Source: Auanema rhodensis (lineage: Eukaryota; Animalia; Nematoda). From it: 64,000 nucleotides of DNA. The DNA lies in contig OZ059899.1 of NCBI GenBank assembly GCA_964057225.1, forward strand, positions 8,060,001-8,124,000. Direction: 5' to 3'. A program made the translations under genes and the position numbers. The notes below the pieces were generated by a model. That model worked only from the letters and a program-made list of their open reading frames with translations, was not told the origin of the DNA and made no database searches. Shown in pieces: positions 13,316 through 25,300 of the stretch. Each line of letters begins with the position of its first letter. Position 1 is the stretch's first letter.

Positions 13316-16300
13316 GTCCCCGTCCAAGGTATTAGCAGTAGCTGTGAGCATCAAAACTTCTCTCAAAGTCTGCAACTTGTTATCATGAAGATATGTGTTA
13401 AGCCGAATAATTAGTGTAGAATATCAAAATTTATTTATAAAGCAGAGAGAAGTAAGAGCAAAAATTGTATCGGAATAAAAATATATTACAAAAGTTAAAA
13501 AGAAACGAACATAGAAACTAGGAAAAAAATTAAAGAACAGCGACTATGCGCATACGGTTAGCTATGTAGAGAGAAACGTGAGAAAGAAAGAGAGCCTGAT
13601 GGGAAAGACGCGAGGTGGGTGGGTGCTGCTGCAAGGAAGACGGGGTTGTTGGTCATAGTTGTGCTGTATGTATGCGTTCTTGTCTAGGAAAGCCGTTTGT
13701 GTATGTGTTTGAGTTTGAAAATCGAAATACGCAACCAAGTTCTCATTGTCGCTCAGGTAAAACAAGGTTCTGATGGATAGAAAGGGGCGCGAATGACAAT
13801 CAATTGGCTGTTGGTTGCTTGCATGGTCGGTTGAAGTGTATATATGTAAGTATGCGTGTATGTATGTTGGGGTCTTGGCAATAGTGCGTGGGGTATGAAT
13901 GAGTGAATGAACATGCATCTAGCTTGATAGATATAAAATGAAGGATGCGGAATGACTTGATAACAATAACCAGAACAAAGATTTTGAATGAGAATACATT
14001 TTTTCTAATTAGCATTGTAGTATCAGTTTGAATATCATATATAATAGTATCAGTAATCATAGTAATCGACATCGGTGTTGTGGCTATGTTAGTAGCCATC
14101 GTTTCAATAGATGGCAATATTGCATGTGAGTTTGAGAAGGAACAACGATGAGTAGCGCGGAAGTGCTCTCGGTCAGAGGCCGGACCGGTCGACAGCGGAC
14201 GCCACACGCACACGCATTACTCCAACCCAGTTCGCTATTCTATACTCCCCACAGCTCATCTCTCGTCATCGTCGTACACACTATGCACGAATCTGACGCG
14301 GCACGTACGCGGCGCGTTCTATCCCGTGTTGTTCTCTCTGTCTCTAGTTCCTCCATCGTTCATACTTTCTCATTCTCCAACCATTTCTCTCTCTATTCAT
14401 GTCATTTTCCAATTTTCCTCCTCTCTTTTACACATGTTCTTGTCTCTTTCTCTATCACTCTCTTTGACTATTTCATCTTCCGCTCTTCTAGTCACGGGAT
14501 CATTCTGCATAGCTAGCTGTGATGCTGAGGCGGCTAGCTGAATGTGACCAGCCCCAACGACTGACAAGCAAATTGCCCAACTCTTTGACATCGATGATCA
14601 ACAGGATTGTTCAGCTGACATTGTTACGACTGCCTGCTGGTCATGCACGAATGTGGCGATCATTTCTCGTCCGTCCATCTCGTATTGAGCGTGACTGCAA
14701 CAAGCTAGTTAGCTAAGCGACTATTTCTCTAGATTGAGTTTTGGGTCGTATGATGTCGCAAGTGGGAGAGGCAAGAATGAGACACGGTACATAAGACAAG
14801 ATCATCGACCAGTGCGTTTTCAACATGAAAAATGTATAAATCAATAGTTTTGAATCATTTGCTAAATACGTTAAACTTCTGGGAAGGTTCAGTTGACAGG
14901 TATATTTAGCAGAATACGGTGTGGAAAAAAAATGTACGGATTGTGCAAATCGACACGAAGATGAGATGTGAGAGAAAGAAGAGGCTCGTCGTCATGTGGA
15001 CCTTGCCCCCGTCAAGAGTTTATCGCAATGAATTACAAGATAAGGGAAAGGTGAAAGTAGTTTAGTTCGCAAATTATTTGCATGGTATATAATGAAATAC
15101 CTTGAGTGCAGAATAAAAGTAGGAAAAATGAAAAAGTTCACGAAAATGCACGATTATAAAATCGTACATTTTCGTACACATTCGATCATAATCCAAATAT
15201 TGATCATTGAAATATCCAGTAACGTTTGCAGGAATGTACGGTAATCGTATCATTTAGTTCCCACGTGTTCAAAGACGATTCAATGGAAATTTTGTTTGCA
15301 TTTTGGTGTCGCACTACATACACGTAGTGCAAGAGCTCTCAGAAGGAAAACGTACTATAATGGTTATAGATCATAAATGCTTTACACTTGATATACACAT
15401 TATCGAGGCATAAAAATTAAAAAAAAAACATTTTTTTTGGTTAAACTAAGTAATTTTTGAAAACAACCAGTATGAACATATCATATGGTTTTATAATCTT
15501 TGTCTTATCCATATGCTTTCTTTTCAACCTTTTTTTTTGCTTCTTCATTTTTCTTTCACATCTCTTTCTTGCTTTTTATCACATTTTGAAAAAATAAATA
15601 AATTTTTAATAATAATATTTAATTAAAAAAAAGCAAAATATGCTATATTCTTCTATTAGAGTATCGAGACGAAAATTGAGTTTTTAGTAAGGATAAGCCA
15701 AGATTACAATTTCATTCATAATTAGAGATCAACGATCATTCAAGGTAATTCGGAAATGTTGTTGATAGAAATGTTATGAGTAGTATGTACAAGCTTCAAT
15801 GAAAGCCTCAACTATAATCCCATGAAATATACATTCGTATATGTGCATAGCATGCGTACTATACATGACAATATCCGATTTAAATTTTTTTTTGTTTGGA
15901 TAACTTATCAAAGTTTCCAGTAAAAGTTCAGAAATCTCGACAACAAATTCAATATTTCGTACTTTTCTCGTTCATTTGGGTAAACTTCTGCAGATTGCTA
16001 AGCTCTATGAATAAAGTGATGTTGATTAATTCAGATTTGGAGGGGAAATATTAAGATAAACAAAGAAGAATTTGAAATAGTTTATATGAATATATTCAAA
16101 CATAGTATAAATACTAGGTGAAGCTATACAATTTGTTCATTTTGTAGGATTAGAAACAAGAGAAGCATGACGGCATATTCAAAAATACTCGTATTAAGAT
16201 GTAGCTCCTAGATTGTGATATTTTATGGATTCACTAGTGTATAATCAAGAAAAAAATGACAAGAATATGTGGTTAATAAAGAATAAATAAATATATCTGT

Positions 16301-16349
16301 TCGAGTAATGTATTAGTATATAAATAATAATATTTATTGACAAAATAAG

Positions 16350-19300
16350 TTAGTATGGTGATTTGCCAATAGGGTTTTCAAGCCATGGATATAACTCGGG
16401 ACATGGTGAACATGTCAAAAATTGATGTTCCTGGCTGTTCATCGTAGGCGTTCGATACATGCATTTATTTGGTTTCGTGCAGCTGTTCGTGCGCATTCCT
16501 TGAGGATTCTGGCTGAACTGGGTAGCTGTTGGGCAACGAAGAGCTTCGCTCTTAAACAATATATTGAATAATTGAAACTAACATTAGAAAAAAGAATAAA
16601 GAAAAAATACTTACTCGATAAATTTGACTTAATGGAAGCGGATGTTTCATCCAATCAATTAATTGCTTCATATTTACTACAAACACATCCTTATTTTGCG
16701 TAATTATTTGGAGGAAACTGTAAATGGATGAGTTTCAATATAATTTAAAATATTTGTATACTTGTTCAATGCCACCATTCCAGTATTTTTTCCATTTAAT
16801 TGAAGGAAATCGGCATTTAGTGACAAAACGTAAGGTGCTCGGTTGGATGTATAAGCTCGATCAAAATTACGCAAAAGCATGGAAGTCTGAAAATATAATG
16901 AATTTTCATAACTTTTGATAATTAACTAACCAATTCATCGACAGTGTTATTCAAATCTACAGCAGCCCTAACCATACTCGAACGTCTATAGCTATCTATT
17001 TGGTTTAAGTATATTCCATAGAATTGGTTTAATGGTACTTCCCAAATTCCAGGGAATGAGCTGAAAGCAGCAGTATAATTAGTCCAGTATTCTTTATATA
17101 TTCTTTACCTTGTAGGACAATTTTCTTCATGACAATTCCATGGTACTAAGTAATCTAAAGTTTGAGGCCAATATGGTTCACCATTAACACCAGGGTTGGC
17201 AGATAATGTGTTGTCATAGATGAAGCCGGCTCTAGCCATCATCTAGAAAACATTTATTTTCAACTCAAAACAATTGAAATAACAGACTTCAAATTGTTCA
17301 TTGCCCCCAGCTGATAATTGCGGAGCTCTCATTCCAATAATTTCCTCTTCTAGAGAATTTGAAAATTTGGCCATAATTCGTCGTTGACCATCGATTTCAT
17401 TTAGCCAACGAGATGCATTCTCTCCAGACAAGGATACATGTCTGAAATACGATTTCTACAGTCAATTTACAAAAGAAAATTTGAATAGTACGAAATAGAG
17501 TTTGAAGCTAATTCCATGCCTCTGTCAGATAACCATTGAACACCATCATAATTAGTCCATTCATGAGATATGAAGAAAGTTGCCTTTATTGGACAACCAT
17601 TAGGAGTACTGTAATTTTGAATATAATCAGCATTATTTTATTGATTCTAACTTGAATTTAGTATTTTCGAAAAGTTCTTTATAATCCGGCAGTGTGCGAC
17701 CATTGACAGCATCATCAAATGTTAATACAACAAACTGTGGAACTTCGTGAATTGGAGAATCACGCAGCGGTGATCGACGTCCTATAACGTATCAATATTT
17801 GAACATTGAGGATTATACACATAATGATAGTTAATTATTCAGATAGAGTTTTAGATTAACCGTTTGGTGAACAGAAACAGTCTGGCAATTGGCAAGCATG
17901 TACATTACACGGAGCCGCCATGCTTCGAGGTTGGAATGATTTAGAAGAGAATCTGAGAGCTCCACCAGCCTCATGTTTGACTTGTGATGAACGAGAAGCT
18001 AAAATAATATAAATATTTTAGTTTACTTATTTAATTGAATTTACTTATATGTCGGCAGTACCCATCCTCTATGTAATGATTGCTGTCACATTGGCAAATG
18101 CCATCTACGCATATAGATCCTCCAGAACATATCTGTCCAGAATCACATGGTGAATCAGGATAAACGAATGATGCTCCATCTATAAATAATGTTTACTATA
18201 CTTCATGAAAACTATAAAAGATTATTTCATATTTTAATGTTTGTTTCTTATCTTTTGTTTTATTTTCATACATTGATGGCCCTATTCTTATCACAACATT
18301 TAAAAAAAAACTGATAGATTATTTCAGTATTATTATTTTTAAAAATTTTTATAGATATGATAGAGAAATATACCTTTGCTTTTACAAACACCATTAACTA
18401 TAATATGACGAGCAGCACATATACAGATCTTCACATCAGAATCACAGATTGAACCTCCAATACATTGTTCTCCATTTTCACATGTATTTCCAGGATGAGC
18501 AATGTTATCTTTTACTGCTATAAATAAATTCAGTCACGAGAATGAAAATCTAATTCGTTTCTTACGTTTCAAACATTTTCCATTCTTGATAACTAAATGA
18601 CTTGGACATTGACATCGTCCATTTTCGCAAGCAGATCCATTCATACATATATCACCTCCTCTTCAAGTATAAAAACTTTATAAGCTTTAAGGAAAAAAAA
18701 GTTTACCGGCATGTGGATCCTGGCTTGCGTCCTCGAACTCTTGGAGAAACTTTTTTCGTTGTGATAGTCATATGATCTATAGCAGCTACAGAAACTGTTG
18801 TAGTTGTTGTAGTTGTGGTCGGTGTAGTCCTTGCCGCTGTCGGCGGAATCGTTGAAGTTGTCGGAATCGTAGCCTTACGTGTTGTTACACCAGGTGCATA
18901 TGGTCGTTCATAAATCGGTCGGGAATGGCGAACTGTAATTTTATTTTGAAAAACTCAGCTGAGTTATCTGAGCTTGCCTTCATCTGAATCTTCACTTTTG
19001 TGTCCAACACCCTTGACAATGCTTCCAAAGAATGGAGGAGAAGTTGGCTTTCCGATTTTAGGCCAAGAAGGTGTCTGAAACATATAACATGCCCGTGTGC
19101 TTAGATTTAAACTCCTTACAGATGCAGTAGAAGCAAAAGGTCGCTGTGTTCGTAAGTTTGGCAATTTTGTATGTGATTTAAGCTGAAGGAAAACGCAATA
19201 AGCTTTAGTTAGAAAAGAGACAAGTGAGTTTTGCAAATCGAATAAACGGTATAAACGAGTTCTTACTTTCTCATAATCCACAAATTCACACCATCCGGTT

Positions 19301-22300
19301 GTATTGAGATAGAGGCCCGGAGGACATTTACAGACATTATCGATACACTTAGCAGCGTTGGTGCATCGATCCTTATAAACATCACATGGCTGACCATACT
19401 TTAGTTGCTTTGGGCGAAGTGCTGAATTATAACTCTTCTGATATTTAATGGAATAACTCTGATATATGCTGAACACATGTTCAAGTTGGAAGTTTATACT
19501 TCTTCAAAGTATTTTGGAAAGCATTCTATATAAAACAATGTTTGAATAACGTTATGTTTAATTAAGCAACATTTCAATGTGTCAGACATGGTAACGATAA
19601 AACAGGCTAATTGTGAAAAAGGTAAACAAATTCTGTAAGAGTTGGGTGGTGAGAAGAGCAAATTTAGGTAAGTATAGAATGCTTCCAAGCGTACTTGCTA
19701 CACTACACTGGAAACATTCATTTTATGGCTTATAAGATATATTAATATATAAATATTATAAATATAAATAATAAACATAAATATATACGAACAAATATAA
19801 AAATTATTAGAAACAAATAAGTTAACTGTACATCTGTCAGACCGTACATACGCTACGAGATGTTAGCACTAGTTACACACTCGGCATAATTATTTTGAAG
19901 CATCTTATTAACGAATTAATTGGAGAAAAAATATCTTAAAAAGAACATGAAAACAATACATGTGTAAAAATCATTTTTAAATTATATATAAACATATAAT
20001 AAAGCAAAGTATATTATACTTGTTGCTCAATTAAATTAATTATGCAAAAAACATGATTAGAAGAAATCCTATAAGTGTAAGCATACGTTACGTATGGGAA
20101 CTTCTTTTGGGAAGAAAAAGGTCATTGAGAATTAATTACCACGATTTACAACAATTATACTCCTCGGTGGCAAAACCGCCTGAGGTAATATAGCAGTAAG
20201 AGCGTGGGGGGCAATTGGGTTCTAATCCATTGCATAAAATAAGTTTTCCGTATGAATCTCGGGTGGCTTCATTACCTGGCGGACAGTTACCGTTACCAGA
20301 GCCACCAGTTTTGTAGCTAGCTACACTACCAGTTCCCGATCCGGATCCGGAACTTGAAGTTGTTTTTGGTTTTGGTTTTGGGCGGCGGATGGGAGGGCCG
20401 ACTACACGAGGCTTTTGCCCTTCGGCACGGGCGGGAGCTCGCGCAGCTACAGTGACTAGCGGTGTTAGGGTAGTTGATTGGATAACTCTTTGGTTTTCGT
20501 ATTCCGATGACATTGACGATTGTGATTGTTGGATTTCCGGTTCAGCGTGACCCGAAGCAGGCTTCTGCTTCTCTGACAGGACCCGATGTCTGGCATAGGA
20601 AATCGGGATCGGACGTTCACCGATTTCAATTTCTGGAAAGCGTTCTGTTAGTAGGAGCACACAGCAAATAACAATTTAAAAATTAAGCTAGTTTTCACAC
20701 GTTTGGTAATTGCTTTGTCAAAGCTGGCAAAAATAGCTTTCCATTCATCTTAATCACTTGATGATTTAGATGGAAAACCATTAGTTTTAAAAACACAGCA
20801 CTCAATAAGCACACCAGAACTTGAATAGAAGATTCATTTATTCAATATTGTTCTTGTATTTAAAAAAAATCTGTATCGATATGAACTATTAAATGTACCT
20901 TCAAGAAGTTCGCAAACTCCAGCGTTGTCTACTGTGCCCGGTCGGCAACGACATCTTCCAGCTACACAAAGCTTTCCTTCTCCACAGTTATTATCATTTT
21001 CACATTCTGTTGTCGCAGCTAAAACATTAAAAATAGGGTTATATTATAGAAAAAGTAGTATTACGATTACTAATGGTTTCTTGAGTGGTCATTTGGCTTA
21101 CTGAAGCACCGGGAGGAACTTTACATTCAACACCAAAAGCAACTTGACCACGTGGGCACATGCAAATTAGTGTGTCGTCATCACATCTGTGAAAAAGATG
21201 AAATGAAAAAATAAACTGGTTTCAAGAAAATACTTAGATCCTCCTTCACATGTTTCTCCATTTTCACAGCTTTCTAGAGGCTTGGCAAAGGTTTTCATTT
21301 GAGGTGTTGTAGACATTGGCATCTGTACACAGAATCCTAAAATATCAAAAAAAATTATATTTATACTCCTGGCTGTATTCTCACCAGAAAGAGCAACAAA
21401 TTGTGGAGCACAACGACATTGTCCTGAATGACAACTGAAAAGCAACCGATCAGTAAAGAGGTTAAATAACAAATAATTTTCAATAATTTCATTTTTTATG
21501 AAAGAAGTTGAGTGAGCGGCTGCTCATGGATTTGTATGTAGTTCACCTTTGAAAAGTTTTTTTTTCAAATATTCTAGAAAAATTTAGAGATTCAATTATA
21601 ATTGAAATTGATTCACGAATAATCGGAGATGAAATAAAAATGAAAACTGCTGTCTCTGCAACATTGCTAAATTCAATGTTAAACTGTGACTTAATGAATA
21701 TTTTGAAAGACAACAATTTATCACAAGATTTTATAAAGGTAATATGTTACATTCTTTAACATATTATTGAATGTTTTTCATTTTAAGGCCATAATAATAG
21801 CAAAAATTGAAGAATTTGATGATATATTTCAGATAATATCAAATCATTTGGAAGAAGAAATTAACTTTGCAGAGAAAAGGGTAAAGTCCAGGTGTTTGTA
21901 GAATTTTTTTTTATTTCATAAAACTAGAATCACGAAATTGCAAAAATTATTTATGGTTTTCAAGATGTCATAAAAACATCATTGCATACAAAGAAGTTAA
22001 AGAAGAATCATAAAAGTAATATTTGAAGAATTAACATTCAAATATTTTTGATTTGTTTTAGATAGAAGTCATCAAATCTTATCTGGTGATTTTACTATAT
22101 TACAAGGGATGAAAGATCAAGAGTATGTTTCTGATATACGAAAAAATTATTTCTTATAATATTCAGAAAAGATATAGTTAAGTTTATTAATGGAACACCT
22201 ATACGTATGTATATTTTATTTTTTAAAATTTTTTCTGTGAATTATTAAGGTCCAAACTTTACATCATCATTTGCATTGAATATGATTCAAAATAAAAATG

Positions 22301-25300
22301 AATCTCCTTCAGAGCAACAAGTAAAGTCTAAATGGTATTTCAAATGAAATTCATAGAAATTTATCATTTTTTGTTTGTTTTTATAATCTAATGTTTCGAA
22401 ATATTTAGGATTTTACCAGAAAATATTGATATTGTACGTATTAATGAATTAAAGAAGCAATATTTAACACCAAAGAAAGGTAATTCAAATTACAGATTAT
22501 TTCTATGTTTTTGATTTTACAGAAAACTCTTTCAGTTATTATACACCTGTTCGTAAGTTAAAGTTTATTTTTTCTATTTTCATCTTTTTTTTTCAAAAGG
22601 TCCGCGATATGAATCAAAAGAAGCTCAAGAAATGCTAAGAAGTAATCGAAAAACTATTGTTTAATTTTTTAATTTCAAGTTGTTTTTTTTTTATGTTTGT
22701 TTTTAATTATACTTAAATAAATATCATGTATATGTATTACCTGCTTCCATTGATACAATCTGTATTAGCATCGCAGCTTTCTCCTGGTACAGCTTGACGA
22801 CGTGTTTGAGGTTTCTGTTCTTCGACACATGTTCCATCTTTTATAAGTGGCTTATGGCTAGGGCAAGCACAGTCCTATATATTTATGATGAAAAACAATA
22901 AATTGAAAAAAAATTTTGACGTACCCAATCGTCGTTACAAGTAGATCCTCCAGTACAAGTTTGACCGTCACTACAATCTTCACCTGGCTTAGCAAGTCCG
23001 GGTGTTGTAGAAGAAACAGCCGCTGGAATTCAATAAAGGTTAATATGGAAAATGTTATAATATATGGTTAAAGTATTAAATTATATATTGTATAATAAGT
23101 GTAAGTAGCTGAAACAGCGTTTTTAAGCAAGCAAAGCGTTATATGTGAAGCACATTACTCACACAAGGACACAACGACAGATAATATATTAAATTATTTT
23201 TATTAATAAATAAATTAAAAAATTATTATGTGTTACGACAGACATGAATAGGCGGATTAAAGGAAAGAATGACTTAATTCCATACATTATACTTTAAATA
23301 AACATGAGTAATTATGAAATATAATATGATACTGTATATCGACTTGTTAATAAGATTTCAAACATTTGGACTGATTTTTATATCCAAAACAGATAACTAT
23401 ATTCGATATTCGATATACGGTATAAATTAAATTAAATGATTATGATTGGCAAGTTATTTAATTCTTTCTCCGCTTAAAGAATTCTGATTTTTTTCGGTTT
23501 GCTTATGTGCACTGAGGTGTTGATGCATTTAGGGAAATAGTGCTGTAGAAAGACATATAGTTGACCACTATGAGGACCAAAGAGAGAAGAAGGACGGTAG
23601 TCTCAAACCTTGATGACGAGCCTTGCCACGTACTTTGCGTTTACCGGCTTCAGAAGGTGGCACACAGCCATCGTTGTGCAAGATGTGTCCATCTGGACAC
23701 TGGCACGACTTGTTGATACAAATCGTGTTACCCCTAAAGATGCAGAGTGAACAAGCTGAGCTTAAAGCTTAAGCTTGATCTACTCCCATCCGGCTCGTCT
23801 TTTGCAAAAATCAATGTTTCATGTGCTCTATCAATCATTCCTCACACGTTCTTTCTCAACTTACTTTTGAATTCGAAAAATAATACAAAACAAACATTTT
23901 TTCTCAAAAAATATGTTTCAAAAACGAAATGGTTTAATATCACGGTTCAGGCTAATTGTGAAAACAAACTGACGTGTATTTTCTTTAAGCTATTTTGTAC
24001 AGAGAATTCAGTTAGTTTAATTATTAGAAACAAACGTTTGTTATTGTAAGTATAATACGTTCAAACATTCAGTTAACTATATGTAATTATAATTATATTA
24101 TAATCTGAAAAGTGAAAAAAGCACACACACGCACAAACATGAACAATTTTTTTTGGTATTGCATACCGCTGGATGGGAGCAGCCAAGATATACATATGGC
24201 AGAAGCATAAGTGCATACCTACAATAGAGGCCAATAGCCTCACATTCATTTTTGCTACCAGAATATGATGGTGTTGACGTGGTTGTTGGACGAGTTGATG
24301 AAGCATAAGCAGTTGTGGAATAGGTAGAAGCAACAGAAGACGAAGCTGATGTTGGATTTGGTGAAGGTCTTCCGTAGTGACGATCTACGTTATGACCATT
24401 ATAGCCGGATGATAGTGATGTGTATTCAGATGTTGGTACGTTATTACGTTGGTTACTGTTGTAATCTACGACAAACGGCACATGCGTGGGCAATTCGATA
24501 AAGTCGACAGGTCGACGTGTTGCTGGTTTCCATGTTGTGCTGGCTGAAAAGGTGTATTAGGCTATACAAAGGTAAAAAGCCAGCTGTTTCGAATTCGATT
24601 ATCATTTCAATTAAAGTCTGAAGATATTCAATGCATATATCGGCTTGTTGATTTTCTAGAATTGTGTCATGCACGTTAAATGATATATACTAACAAGCAT
24701 GATGCATAATCGAAATATTCGTCTATTTGATATTAATATTAGTAGTATCGAGCGTGCGTTAAGCTATGAAAACATAATTTCATATAAAGACCTTACCTTT
24801 AGTTGTGGTTTGCGTTGTTGTTGTTGTGGATTCACAACGTCCATTCTGAGAAGCATGAGTACCTTGAGGACAAACACATAAGCCATCAAGGCACATAGAG
24901 CCTCCAACACATGAATCAAGAGGTCCACATTGATTTCCGGGGGTAACCTTTCTACCTTGATGGATAGTACTAGGTAAAGCATTGAAAGTATTGACTTGCT
25001 AAATGGTTGGTATTACAAAGCTGTTTCAAACAAACTAAGTACTGGCTGAGCTGGTTTATTTGTGACAGATAATACCGAAGCAGTTTGGTACACAGGAGCA
25101 GTTGGAATAGATGTAGTATATACTGGTACAGTCTAGACAATAGTTCAACTTCAAAATACGATAACGAATAAAATTTTTACCTTTGGTGGAAGAGTTGGGC
25201 GAATTCCAGATTGAATGCAAATGCCTTTCTGTACGATCATTGATGGATCAGGGCAAATGCACCATCCTTCGCGGCAAACACTACCTCCTGTGCATTCACG

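Noticed and set aside
13562-14716. Overlapping 64-137-aa ORFs on both strands
   Set aside because: Explained by low-complexity CT/GA/CA-rich, higher-GC sequence; no splice chain or homology.
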